The notes under the pieces: model-generated
What the model was told of the DNA's origin: nothing
The model's input: only the letters and a program-made list of their open reading frames with translations
Databases searched by the model: none
Made by a program: the position numbers and the translations under genes
DNA from: Phycisphaerales bacterium
GTDB taxonomy: Bacteria > Planctomycetota > Phycisphaerae > Phycisphaerales > UBA1924
Assembly: GCA_965227775.1 (NCBI GenBank)
Contig: OZ245777.1
Location: 2,912,001-2,976,000, forward strand
Length of the DNA: 64,000 nt
Direction of reading: 5' to 3'
In this document: positions 18,738 through 28,890 of the stretch, one piece after another
Layout of the letters: every line of letters begins with the position of its first letter
How positions within the stretch are numbered: the stretch's first letter is position 1

Positions 18738-21700
18738 CTACAGCGGGAGCTCGTCGAACAGGAGGATCTTCGGCTTGTCGCCCGCACGACGCACGTTCGA
18801 GCGATCGACCACGATGAGGTAGCGACGCGCCACCGAAGGCACCATCGGATCGTCCTGACGCAGGCCCTCGACGTCTTCGCGGGCATAGCCGTGCATGACG
18901 AACCAGATCGCGTACACGTCGCTTCGCACCGACACGGTGTTGGCCATGCCGTTGTAGAGCGCGAGCTGCTCGTCGTAGTCGTCGGCGACGCCATCGCTCT
19001 CGAAGGTTCCGACAGCTACGCCCCGATCAACCGCACCGTCGGCATCGTCGTAGCGCACTGCATCAACGCCATCGACGTTAAGCTCTCGACCATCCTGTCC
19101 CAGTCGGCGGATCATGTGCGGCCTTGCATAGGTCGATGGACCGATGATCGGGCCGCTCGTAGGCAGCGTATCGGCGGCCAGCACCTCACCCACCGAGAGC
19201 AAGCCGGTGTGCTCACGCAGGCCGATGATGCCGGTCGAATTCTGTCGCCCGAACAGGTCGTCGGGATCGCTATCGCCCTGTGCCGAAGTGCTGTAGAAGG
19301 GCACGGCTGCGCCCTGGCGGGGCAACGCCGCCGACTTGTCGCGATACGAACGGATGCCCGCTGCGACGTCAGAGCGCGCGTCGTGGAGTTGCGCCCCGCC
19401 ATCGCTGATCCAAGCGAGCGTCGGGTCGATCGTGCTCTCGAACGTCGGGGCCAGCCCCGGAAGTACGCTCGTCGTCACCTCGGTGGCCGTGTTCAGGTTC
19501 ACGAGGCCGGCAATGGGCGTCCGCGAGTTGATGGGCGCTTCGATCGTCGTGATGTTGCTCGTGATCGCCATCGCATGGGGCACGCCTAAGCCGCGATGCT
19601 CATCACCCGCGGTAAAGTCCCCCGTCGAATCAAGGTCGACGAACGGGGCAGGCAGGTTAAGCGATAGGTGGGCGCGATCGAGCAGGCCGAACGTGTCTTG
19701 GGGGAGGCTCGCGTAGGACTCCGGCAGGTTGGGCGCGGGCGCCTCGTTGTAGCCGAGCGCCAGGGTCAGCAACTCACCGGTCGTAAACCAATCGAGTTCC
19801 GGCGGGGAGACCGGGGCGTCCCGGACAGGCATCTGCACGGGACCGACAGCCGGCGCGCCGAGGAAGTCGCCCGGCCGCAGCATGCGCGACGTCCGCGTCG
19901 ACGAGGGATCTTCCAGCAGACCACGGTTGTCGTTGCGAAGCGGGTTGACATAGACGTCTTCGAACTGCGTCACTCCATCCGGATGGCGGCTGGACGTCAC
20001 GATCTCGCGATGCTGGTGGGCCGTGTTCTCAGCCGCGAGGGTGATATCGGTTGGAATCTGCGCGAGCGTTCCTTCCGATCCGTCCACGTTGCTGAAGATG
20101 TCCGTCAGCGCCCGCTCGGCGGTGCGCAGCTTCCCGCCTCCGATGAACTGCCCGCGATTCAGCGAGAAGCCCGGACTGAGGGGGGCGGGCAGCACCAGGT
20201 CATCCACAGCGACCGCGTTCAGCGACGTCAGCGCTTCTGTGCCGACCGTCGGATCGGTAAACGGCTTCTCGAGGATGTACGCCGGGAGGGTGCCGTTGGG
20301 GGCGTCGACAGCTCCAGTTGGCCGGGCGATCGTGCCCCAGGTGACGATCGAGAAACCTGTGTTGTCGATGGCATCGGCCGCGGTGCCCGTATCGGGGCCC
20401 GCGACGGTCACGTCAACATCGGTGTCTACAGCCGGAGGCCGCCGATCAAGCGTGGGCCGATCGCTAAAGGGGGCCGGGTCAAAGAGCCGGTCCAGCATGA
20501 CATCGGTATACGCGTTGGGATTGGAGCCGACAACGATGCGGTTCAGGCGCGTCCACAGCGTCACTTCACGGTTCGCGTCGGACTCCACAGCAACGCCCCC
20601 GGGGGGCCCCGCCAGGAAGTCATCGACCGCCGATACGTCAGCATCGAACCTGACAAGCTGGAGATCCGGGCTGCTGTTCGTCAGGTGGAGTGTGATCCAG
20701 GACTCGACGTCGACCGCGGCCACCGGGAAGAAGCCCGGCGCGGCCCGGTTCGCGCGATCCGCGACCATGTCGCCGCTTGTGTCCTCGGTTTCGACGTAGA
20801 GGATGATGCTCCCGCCGGCGGGAATTCGCGTGCCCGCGGGAATCTCGAGACCATCGACCAACTGCGGGCTGGCCACGGGGCCACCCAACTCGCCGAAGCG
20901 AACGAAGTACTGATCGTTCCGAACATCGATGTCCGTCGAGTACGGGTTGGTCAACTGGACCGCGAAGATCTGCCCGACGAAGTCGTCATTCGTGTTCGGG
21001 TTCGTATCGAAGTCGATCGTGATGGGTTGGGCCCCACCACCACCGGGGCCGAAAATCGGGCCAGAACCTCCACCACTTGGCGGAACGTACTCCGACGTGC
21101 CGGTCGTCGAATCGGTGAAGACGTTGTACAGCACGACCTGCGTGATGACCGGATGGACCTCGAGCCCATACACGTTCATCGCGGCGACGTTCTCCGCCTC
21201 CGTCGCGCCAGGGGGGAGACGCTCGTCGCCGAAGTCGAGCCGGCCACTGACACCAGGAGGAGCCGAACCGGTGGCATCTTCGGGCTGGCTCCACCAGGGG
21301 AACACATCCTGCCACGCAGGATTGCCTTCCAGGTTGGCCCGTGTCGTGCCGTCACCGTTCACGAGGAGTGTAAACGCGCTGGGGATGTGGTCGCCATCGA
21401 ACATGTCGATGGTGTTGGCAACAGCGTGCGCCGCCGTGCGGAGCGAGAACAGGCGGTCGAAACCGTAAAAAGTTGTCTGCCACTGGCTATTGGTCGGATC
21501 CCACGCGTCGACCTCGTCTGCCGACGGCATCAGCGCGTTGGCGAACGTGCGGAAGAGCGGGTGCGCGTTGCGACGGAGTCGCGCCGGCACTTCGCCGAGC
21601 GGACCCGACGATGGCAGGTCCTGCGGGGCCGCCAAGGTCAGCAGCCGGTACCCATCCTGGAGCACCGTCGGATCCTCGCTCGAAGGATCGACCGCAACCG

Positions 21701-23504
21701 TGCTGTCTGGCAGTGTCGAGATGGTGGTGAAGAAGTCCAGCACCGTCGGCGAGGGCGTTGTCAGCCGCACGCGCGTGGGCACGCGCGGGATGCCGCCGCT
21801 CAAGGTGGTCAGGTGCTGCCGTACGCCAATGTGCTTTTGTGCCAGCAACGCATCAGGGTCAGAGAGATCGCGTTCGACCTGCAGCGAGCGGTTCTCGCGC
21901 AGTGGGCTCAGGTTCTCTTCGGAACCATCGCGACCGCCTACGGCACGCTCAAGGCTTGACAAGTTCTGCGGATCGTTCAAACCATCGAAGGCGAGCAACT
22001 CGCCGAGATCCTCGACGCCGAAGCCGTATTGCCGGTAGGCCCCTTCGGTGTCGTTGCTCAGGATCTCGCTGCCGCTGCGGCGAAACTCGCTGTACTCCAG
22101 GCGACGCTGATCGGGCAGCAGTGGGTCGTCCCCGGCGCCCCACGCCAAGGTGCCGGCCGGCGGGTGCTCGCCGTTCAGCACGCGACGGAGTGCCCAGAAT
22201 CCCTGGTTGCCGAGCGCCTGGGAGATACCAAAGTTGTCGTAGCTGTCGTAGTCCTGCGCGCCTCCGGACGTTGGCTGCGGCGCTTCATCCATGAACGTAT
22301 TGTGCTGGACCCAACCGTTCTCGCCGGTCAGTACGCGACGTACGTCGATATCGGCGGGCGAGGCACCGAGACGGTCAGCGTTTGTCGGCGCTCCGTCGTA
22401 CGTGCCAGAACCAGGAACCGGCTGCAGAAGCCCACGCGCCGTGTTGACATTCACACGGCCCGAAAGATCGACGATCCGCGTCGCCACAAACCAGCGCAGC
22501 TGGCCCTCGGTCGGCACGACCGATCGCGGGATGAAGGTCCCAGGGTTGCCCGGCACCGTCACATCGACGAGTTCCTGCCAGCGTGAATCGAAGAAGCCAT
22601 CACCGTCGGCGTCGGCCCACATGTAGGGCATGTACTGTTCGTCGCCAACTCCAAAACCGTTGTCAAAATTGACAGGTCGAAACGAACCAACCTGCAAACT
22701 GTCGAAGTGCGCTGGAACTTCAGGGTTCGCCTGGCCGCCGTAGACCCGGCTCCGAGTTGGAGTACCGCTGCTATCCGTCACGAACATCCTGTTCGGATCG
22801 CTCATTTCACCGGTACCAACACCCGGCAACGCGTCAAAGTTGCCGCGCATGTTGAATAGGTTGCTAAACAGCCCGTTGGGTCCGACATTGGAGATCTTGG
22901 CCCAGTCCACGCGATCGACGTACGCCGGCGAGCTGAACGTGTCGCTGGATCCGCGGATGTACGTCGGCTCGCTCGCGGCAAGCCACGGATCGCTCGGCCC
23001 GAAGGGCAACAGGTCATTGAAGAAACCCGATCGGTTTGCGGGATCGGTAGGATCATCCGAAGGCCGCAACGGCGGCAGGGTGCCGATCGGGTTGAATGCG
23101 CGACCGAGGTAGGTGAGCTTGGGCTGGGGCGTGCCGGAAACCGGCTCGCCATCGAACGTGCGGTCGAAGTCGGTGCGCGGCATATCGACCGCTTCGGTCA
23201 TGAAGATCGGGTTGCCAGCGGCGTCGAAGCCGTCGAAGTACACCGACAGGGCATCGTCACCCACGATGCCCACGAGGTAATCGCCGAAGTGCTGGGCCTG
23301 GCGATCAATCTCGGCGGCGCGGGTCGTCGTTCGGGCCGAGCGCCGATCGCCGCCGCCGATGCTGACATAGGCAACCGTCAGCACGGCCAGCAGCGCGAGC
23401 GTTGCCACCACGAGGATCAATGTCGAGCCCCGTCGCGCCGCCAGATTGCCGCTGGCGGTCCGCAAAGCCTTGGTCGCACCCATGTTCATTCGCATGCGTC
23501 GCAT
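18738..23504 (-). CDS. Giant (~1588 aa) GspK/PilX-like minor pilin / tip protein
   Basis: RRG|STLILVVATLALLAVLTVAY prepilin-like N-terminus without Glu+5; DLSGRVNVNTA and GLVNLNTAT...VLPGL GspK-like motifs; last gene of the pilin series; GGGGAGGG RBS before ATG 23504. Confidence 0.75.
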   Translation of the reverse strand: MRRMRMNMGATKALRTASGNLAARRGSTLILVVATLALLAVLTVAYVSIGGGDRRSARTTTRAAEIDRQAQHFGDYLVGIVGDDALSVYFDGFDAAGNPIFMTEAVDMPRTDFDRTFDGEPVSGTPQPKLTYLGRAFNPIGTLPPLRPSDDPTDPANRSGFFNDLLPFGPSDPWLAASEPTYIRGSSDTFSSPAYVDRVDWAKISNVGPNGLFSNLFNMRGNFDALPGVGTGEMSDPNRMFVTDSSGTPTRSRVYGGQANPEVPAHFDSLQVGSFRPVNFDNGFGVGDEQYMPYMWADADGDGFFDSRWQELVDVTVPGNPGTFIPRSVVPTEGQLRWFVATRIVDLSGRVNVNTARGLLQPVPGSGTYDGAPTNADRLGASPADIDVRRVLTGENGWVQHNTFMDEAPQPTSGGAQDYDSYDNFGISQALGNQGFWALRRVLNGEHPPAGTLAWGAGDDPLLPDQRRLEYSEFRRSGSEILSNDTEGAYRQYGFGVEDLGELLAFDGLNDPQNLSSLERAVGGRDGSEENLSPLRENRSLQVERDLSDPDALLAQKHIGVRQHLTTLSGGIPRVPTRVRLTTPSPTVLDFFTTISTLPDSTVAVDPSSEDPTVLQDGYRLLTLAAPQDLPSSGPLGEVPARLRRNAHPLFRTFANALMPSADEVDAWDPTNSQWQTTFYGFDRLFSLRTAAHAVANTIDMFDGDHIPSAFTLLVNGDGTTRANLEGNPAWQDVFPWWSQPEDATGSAPPGVSGRLDFGDERLPPGATEAENVAAMNVYGLEVHPVITQVVLYNVFTDSTTGTSEYVPPSGGGSGPIFGPGGGGAQPITIDFDTNPNTNDDFVGQIFAVQLTNPYSTDIDVRNDQYFVRFGELGGPVASPQLVDGLEIPAGTRIPAGGSIILYVETEDTSGDMVADRANRAAPGFFPVAAVDVESWITLHLTNSSPDLQLVRFDADVSAVDDFLAGPPGGVAVESDANREVTLWTRLNRIVVGSNPNAYTDVMLDRLFDPAPFSDRPTLDRRPPAVDTDVDVTVAGPDTGTAADAIDNTGFSIVTWGTIARPTGAVDAPNGTLPAYILEKPFTDPTVGTEALTSLNAVAVDDLVLPAPLSPGFSLNRGQFIGGGKLRTAERALTDIFSNVDGSEGTLAQIPTDITLAAENTAHQHREIVTSSRHPDGVTQFEDVYVNPLRNDNRGLLEDPSSTRTSRMLRPGDFLGAPAVGPVQMPVRDAPVSPPELDWFTTGELLTLALGYNEAPAPNLPESYASLPQDTFGLLDRAHLSLNLPAPFVDLDSTGDFTAGDEHRGLGVPHAMAITSNITTIEAPINSRTPIAGLVNLNTATEVTTSVLPGLAPTFESTIDPTLAWISDGGAQLHDARSDVAAGIRSYRDKSAALPRQGAAVPFYSTSAQGDSDPDDLFGRQNSTGIIGLREHTGLLSVGEVLAADTLPTSGPIIGPSTYARPHMIRRLGQDGRELNVDGVDAVRYDDADGAVDRGVAVGTFESDGVADDYDEQLALYNGMANTVSVRSDVYAIWFVMHGYAREDVEGLRQDDPMVPSVARRYLIVVDRSNVRRAGDKPKILLFDELPL

Positions 23505-23557
23505 GTCCAATCCCTCCCCGATTGCGTATTGCCGCCTCGCAGTGGCGCTCGCTCCAG

Positions 23558-25510
23558 TCATCGCACCGGGTTACCTGGTGTGGGGAAGACGTACTGGAAG
23601 GTTCGTTCGATCGTCTCATCGCCCGGATCTGTCAGCGTCACCGTGACGCGGACGAGCTCGGGCCAGGGCCAGTCAAGCGTGTTCACCGCGGCGGCATCTG
23701 CAAGGTTGCCGTCGCCATCGGGATCGTCGGCGTCGAAGAACGGCAGCGTGTAGCCGAAGTACGACACGACCGCGTCAGCCGGACCAGCCGTGCCGAGGCC
23801 AGAAGTCCGCACCCCATGGACCACTTCTGGCACCACCGGATAGCTCGCGTGCGTGTCGCCGACGTCGGCAAAGTCGCCGCGAAGGAAGCTTCCGAGCGGC
23901 TGGCCGAGTCGAGGCAGGTCGATGAACTCGCGTGCATCCTCGCCGACATCCGCGATCCCGCTGCCCGCAGGCTCCCGCAACCGGTATGGAACAAAGAACG
24001 ATCCCGCAAGATCGTCCACGGTACCGCGGACTTCCTTGTCATACCGCGGGTAGGGATAGACGAATCGATCGTCCGTGCCATCCTTGTCATAGTCGATGCC
24101 GCGCTCGGCTCCATGCCAGATCATCTCGCCGTCCTCGTCGGTCTTGCCGAAGCTCCACTCGACGATGAACTCCGACACGCGGGGGATGAACGCCGACGAC
24201 GCCAGCGCGTTCTGGTCGGCGATGCGTAGGGCGCCACGGATCGGGTTGGACACCGAATCGGCCAGTGCGGTGTGTAGATCGGGCGGCGCGGGCTCGTAGC
24301 GCACGCGTGCCACCTCGTCGTCGCTCAGCGAGATGCTGCGGTACGTCAGCTCCTGGCCCGGGTCGACGAACTGCGAGGGATCGAAGTCGATCTGCGTGCG
24401 ATGGCTGGGCGCGGGCATGCCATCAAGCATCCACGCCTGCTGCACGCCCACCGGGCCGATGGTTCGCTCGGGACCAACGTACAGGCTGCAATCCGGCGCT
24501 AGCTGAGCGGGCGACAGGTACGCGTACTGGAACGGCGTGGGTGCGGTGTCGACAAGAAGGCCAGCCGACGACTGGACGATGCCGCGGATCTCCTCGAGGT
24601 TCGTCGTCGCAACGTCGACCAGGCCCGACTCGAACCGGGGGCCGACGTTGGGATCGCTGATGCCCGCGGTTTCTCGGATGCCTTGTACCGGCGGGAACAG
24701 GAGCGGATCGCAGGAACCATAGTTGAGTATGTTGATCGATCGGAAGATGCTGTCGCCGGCCGGCTGCAGGCCCACCTGCAGGCGATTGTCGCGCCACACA
24801 TCCGGGTTCGAGTACGGCCCGGCCGCGAATGGCGCGTCGACGATGCCGCCACCGATGCTCACCAGCGCGGTGGAGTGGCGCAGCAGCGTCCAGCTGTTGG
24901 CGAACCGATTCGGGTTGCCGGGCGTCTGTGAGCCAGGCAGGTGCCCTGACGTGGTATCAGGTATGCGATTCACAGTCACGACGTCAGGCTGGGCGTAGGC
25001 GCTCGACGGATCAACGTCGATCTCCATCCGCTGTCCGATGCCGTAATAGATGCGAGCGCTCGAGCCCTCGGGCACAAAACCGGGGGCCAATGGCTCGCGG
25101 GCCGAGGCCGACCGCTCGTCGACGAAGAACATGATCTCGTCGATTCGCCGCTCACGCCACTGGCTGATCGGCTGGTCGGCAAAGAGAGGTATCGGGTTGC
25201 GCTCGTCGGCGTACTCGTGCCGGATGATCATGTACCCGTCGCGGGTCATGGCAGCGAAGTCCTCGCGCATCTGCCGCTCGAGCACCGCGGCGTACTGCGT
25301 GATGGCGCTTACGCTGCGGCCGCGCGACACCGTATCGCCGACCGACGCGAAGATGCTCGCGATGCCCACAGCCACGAACGCGACCGCGCCCACCGCCACC
25401 AGCATCTCGACGAGGGTGAAGCCCGCCGCCCGGCCGCTGGCACGCGCCAGAACTCGCGCACGACGCTTCCCGTTGGCTTTCATTGGGTTGGCTCGCATCA
25501 GCTTCTTCAC
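23558..25510 (-). CDS. Large prepilin-type protein (GspJ/PilW-like position), 650 aa
   Basis: AG|FTLVEMLVAVGAVAFVAVGIASIF N-methylation motif; C-terminal WPELVRVTVTL; GTGA overlap with the upstream gene. Confidence 0.85.
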   Translation of the reverse strand: MKKLMRANPMKANGKRRARVLARASGRAAGFTLVEMLVAVGAVAFVAVGIASIFASVGDTVSRGRSVSAITQYAAVLERQMREDFAAMTRDGYMIIRHEYADERNPIPLFADQPISQWRERRIDEIMFFVDERSASAREPLAPGFVPEGSSARIYYGIGQRMEIDVDPSSAYAQPDVVTVNRIPDTTSGHLPGSQTPGNPNRFANSWTLLRHSTALVSIGGGIVDAPFAAGPYSNPDVWRDNRLQVGLQPAGDSIFRSINILNYGSCDPLLFPPVQGIRETAGISDPNVGPRFESGLVDVATTNLEEIRGIVQSSAGLLVDTAPTPFQYAYLSPAQLAPDCSLYVGPERTIGPVGVQQAWMLDGMPAPSHRTQIDFDPSQFVDPGQELTYRSISLSDDEVARVRYEPAPPDLHTALADSVSNPIRGALRIADQNALASSAFIPRVSEFIVEWSFGKTDEDGEMIWHGAERGIDYDKDGTDDRFVYPYPRYDKEVRGTVDDLAGSFFVPYRLREPAGSGIADVGEDAREFIDLPRLGQPLGSFLRGDFADVGDTHASYPVVPEVVHGVRTSGLGTAGPADAVVSYFGYTLPFFDADDPDGDGNLADAAAVNTLDWPWPELVRVTVTLTDPGDETIERTFQYVFPTPGNPVR

Positions 25511-26715
25511 AGCGGCAGCCTCCCTGCGCCCGAGCCCGAGGGCGACTCGATCTCGTCAGCATCGATGCCAACGCGGTACACGATCACCGTCGCCGGCGGC
25601 TGGGGTACGAAGACGACCTGACGGATCTCCGTCCACGCCTCTTCGTCATCCCAGTTCGGTGTACTGGCCGAGGTTCGAGGGACCCAGCCATCGATGCCGG
25701 GACGAATGCGAACCTCAGCGAAGTTTGAGCCAAAGTCGAGCGTCTCCTCGACCGTGTAGACGTTCCCAAGATTGTCCACGAGCTGCTGGCCCACCTGGCT
25801 TGCAAGGCGCAGCTTGTTGTCGAGCGATACCGACCCGGCGGGCACGAGGCCCGAGGCTGTCGGGTCGCTCTCGAGACGCAATACGTTCGAGCGATTGCCG
25901 TCGTACTCAGCCCCCAATGTCATCGGGGGCGCGTAGATCTCGCCCTGGCCAGTATTGCCACCGGCGGCCGTGAGCGCGCCCATCTCCGTCAGGCCGACGG
26001 GCAGAACAGTCGTGGATGCGAGGCCGAGCATGACCGTGTAGCCCGTCTCCCCTGCGGGCACCCGGATGCCGGTATCGACACGCCGAACGAACACGGCGAT
26101 CTCCAAGCCCGCACGCCACTGCGAAAGCTCTCGCGATGGAGATGCGGGCGTGTACTCTGAGTCGGCCAGCAGCGAGAAGCCTTCGTCTTCGATCGGGGGC
26201 AGCCGGCGTGCGACGAAGTCCCACACGAACTGTGGCTCGTCCAGGTTCGAAGCGGGCGTCGGGTACAGCCGATCGATCAGCGGGATGCGAACCGGATCGA
26301 CGCCGCCGACACGGTCGCCGATCACAACGTTCCCCTCGTCCTCATACAGGCTGACATCGAGCCCGGCGAGGTCCCACTCGTACGCTTCGGACCACTGATC
26401 ATCGAGGAGCAACGAGCCGAAGCCGAACTCGCGGCCCGTGCCCGTGCTCAGGCCCGTACCCACCCGTGGCTTGAGCCCGAGCCGCAGCAGGTCCGGGCGC
26501 GCGTTCAGATACGCCCGCGCGTCGTTCGCGACCACAATGCCCAGCGTGCGATCCGACGCGACCCGCTGCTCTCGGATGATGCCAGGAATGAGCGCGCCCA
26601 GTCCCAGCAGCCCGAGCGCGAGCACGAAGATGGACATCAGTACTTCGATGAGCGTGAACGCGGCCACCGCGCGGGTGCGTCGTCGTTGCCGCATGCTCAA
26701 GGTCCGCCCCTGCAT
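25507..26715 (-). CDS. Prepilin-type protein (GspI/PilV-like), ~402 aa
   Basis: AA|FTLIEVLMSIFVLALGLLGLGALIP; ATG 26715 follows GGAGGGAG, just past the upstream stop. Confidence 0.85.
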   Translation of the reverse strand: MQGRTLSMRQRRRTRAVAAFTLIEVLMSIFVLALGLLGLGALIPGIIREQRVASDRTLGIVVANDARAYLNARPDLLRLGLKPRVGTGLSTGTGREFGFGSLLLDDQWSEAYEWDLAGLDVSLYEDEGNVVIGDRVGGVDPVRIPLIDRLYPTPASNLDEPQFVWDFVARRLPPIEDEGFSLLADSEYTPASPSRELSQWRAGLEIAVFVRRVDTGIRVPAGETGYTVMLGLASTTVLPVGLTEMGALTAAGGNTGQGEIYAPPMTLGAEYDGNRSNVLRLESDPTASGLVPAGSVSLDNKLRLASQVGQQLVDNLGNVYTVEETLDFGSNFAEVRIRPGIDGWVPRTSASTPNWDDEEAWTEIRQVVFVPQPPATVIVYRVGIDADEIESPSGSGAGRLPL

Positions 26716-26717
26716 TC

Positions 26718-27848
26718 TCAGTCTCCCTCCGCAAGGCGTGCTGCCTCGACGGGCTGGCCCAGGTATCGCGAGACCAGGAAGATGCGCGCATCTGATGTTT
26801 CGGATGCGGGTAATGCTCCTGCTTGGCGATCGCTCGCACGCATCCACAGGCCGATCCTCAGATTGATCTCGGTTCGTGTAACCGAGCCAAAGATCGCCGT
26901 GTCGTACTCCGGTCCGCTCACCGAGCCGGCGATCGGGCTGTAAAGCGTATCGGTGCTCCGGTTGAGCCCGTCGGCCCCGATAGCATCCGCCAGCCGCTTC
27001 TCGTTGTACACGGCGATCTGGCTTACCGGGCCGACCAGTACGGTGTCGCTAGCCTCGTCGCCCAGCAACTGACGCTGCTGGTTTAGCGTTAGCGCCGGGT
27101 CGGCCAGCACTTTGCGAACGAATCGGCCGAGATTCTCCTCGCGGTCAACCCGGTACGTGTTCCACGGAGGCGAGCCGGGATCGCGGAACAACAGCGTCGG
27201 CGCGGGATCGATGTACAGCGCCTTGCTCGTTGCCGAGCTCAGAAAGCGACCCGTGCCACCCTCGAAACGCACCATGAACGATTGACGGCTCTCGCCGTTG
27301 TCGCCTTGGGCCTGCTCGTAGAACACCGTCTCCGGGAAGACCCACTGGCCCTGGTCCCGGTCTGTGCCCTGATACGTGTCTTCATACCAGCCGAGGTTGT
27401 CGGGCCTGGCACCACCAGCAGTCGAGAGCGCCGTCGGCTTCGCATAGCCACGAACCGACCAGTTGCGTGGCAGCACCACAACCTCGACGCCCTGCGCCGG
27501 AACCAGGATGTCGCGTTGGACTTCGGCGCTACCGGCACTGTCCAGGATGTTCGCCTCGACCTGGGCTACCACGATGCGGGTTCGGCCATCCTCGCCCAGC
27601 AAGAACACCGCCGCGGCGTCACGCCCCGAGCCCGCTCGGACCGCTGCCTCGCGGGCGCTCTGGAGCGCCGCCTGCACGGCGTTGGCAGCCCCTGTCTGGT
27701 TGCTGCTATACGTCAGCGACGCGTACGCCGGGATGGCGATCGCCGCCAAGATCAGGATGATGATGATCACCAGGATCAGCTCGACCAGCGTGAACGCACG
27801 CCGACGAACGCTCCGATGATCTCCGGGATCGATGCGCAGCGTGTTCAC
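26718..27848 (-). CDS. Prepilin-type protein (GspH/FimT-like), 376 aa
   Basis: RRA|FTLVELILVIIIILILAAIAIPAY followed by AANAVQAALQSAREAAV. Confidence 0.85.
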   Translation of the reverse strand: MNTLRIDPGDHRSVRRRAFTLVELILVIIIILILAAIAIPAYASLTYSSNQTGAANAVQAALQSAREAAVRAGSGRDAAAVFLLGEDGRTRIVVAQVEANILDSAGSAEVQRDILVPAQGVEVVVLPRNWSVRGYAKPTALSTAGGARPDNLGWYEDTYQGTDRDQGQWVFPETVFYEQAQGDNGESRQSFMVRFEGGTGRFLSSATSKALYIDPAPTLLFRDPGSPPWNTYRVDREENLGRFVRKVLADPALTLNQQRQLLGDEASDTVLVGPVSQIAVYNEKRLADAIGADGLNRSTDTLYSPIAGSVSGPEYDTAIFGSVTRTEINLRIGLWMRASDRQAGALPASETSDARIFLVSRYLGQPVEAARLAEGD

Positions 27849-28738
27849 CGCCCCACCTCCACGATGTTGTCGGCCCGCCCCTCAGCCGCGAGCTGGGCGG
27901 GCGTCTTGCCCCGGCCGAGCGCTGCCTCGAGCTCTTCGATTGACTCTGTCTCGAGATCGCCGAACACGCGGTTCGGGCCGGCCGCGACGATCGCGTACTC
28001 CGCATCGCGAAGCTCGACGTTGTCCGCCGGATCGCCCAGCAGACTCGGCACACGTCGGAGATCGGTGACGTCGGTCGCGCTCGATGCGTCGATGGGCAGC
28101 CAGCGGTAGTAGCGGTACGCCACACCGTTGCGGTCGCGAAGCTCGAAGCGACCTTCCTCACTATCGATCTCAGTCAGCCGATCGCCATCGCCCGCGACGT
28201 CAAAGAGCGGCTCGGTCAATCGTCCGCCGGCCTTACGGAAGGTGCCATCGCGATTCGGCTCGCGGAAGCCGACGCCATCATTGCCGTCGTAGTCGGCATC
28301 AAGCACGCCAACGAGGTAATAGGACAGGCTGTATACGCTGAAACGCAGGTCCGCCATGGTCGGGGCCTGGCCTTGCAGGAACTCGACGTCAGCAACAACA
28401 TCAGTCCGGTATACGTCGACAAAGTTGCTTCCGCCCGAGCTGACCAGGGGCGATGTCGATGGCGTGCCGGCCGGGTAGGTCAGCCCATCCTTGACCAACG
28501 GCGGCGCGAAGCCGAAGTCGTTCTTGAAGGCTTGGATCGCGATCTTGATCGCGTTCACATTCGCCCGCTCGGCCCCGCTCTGGGCAGAACGAGAAAGCTG
28601 GTTCAGGCCAATCAGCAGCAATCCAATAAGGATGGAGATCACCAGGATCGACACGCCGAGCTCAACGATCGTGAAGCCCGACCGCGCCGCCGCGCCCGTG
28701 CGCGAAGCCGTCCGAGTTGTCCGGGTCAGTCCTGCCAT
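27845..28738 (-). CDS. Prepilin-type protein (GspG-like), ~297 aa
   Basis: RSG|FTIVELGVSILVISILIGLL; IKIAIQAFKNDFGFAP, DRNGVAYRY and IVAAGPNRVFG resemble GspG C-terminal features. Start 28738 inferred. Confidence 0.85.
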   Translation of the reverse strand: MAGLTRTTRTASRTGAAARSGFTIVELGVSILVISILIGLLLIGLNQLSRSAQSGAERANVNAIKIAIQAFKNDFGFAPPLVKDGLTYPAGTPSTSPLVSSGGSNFVDVYRTDVVADVEFLQGQAPTMADLRFSVYSLSYYLVGVLDADYDGNDGVGFREPNRDGTFRKAGGRLTEPLFDVAGDGDRLTEIDSEEGRFELRDRNGVAYRYYRWLPIDASSATDVTDLRRVPSLLGDPADNVELRDAEYAIVAAGPNRVFGDLETESIEELEAALGRGKTPAQLAAEGRADNIVEVGR

Positions 28739-28890
28739 CGGGCGTTGTCCCTTCCTCGGGCCGCGAAGACCACGCGACCCCTTCGATGCATCCGGGCCGA
28801 TCGGCCCGTGTCCCCCAAAACCGCCGGGGCGTGCCGACGCGAAGGCGCCCTCCCCAAGCCGCCCCGCGCCGGCACGCAGCCCCGACAGAT

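Noticed and set aside
19668..21959. 763-aa plus-strand ORF
   Set aside because: Antisense shadow inside the giant pilin-like gene; R/G/V-rich with no recognisable domain.
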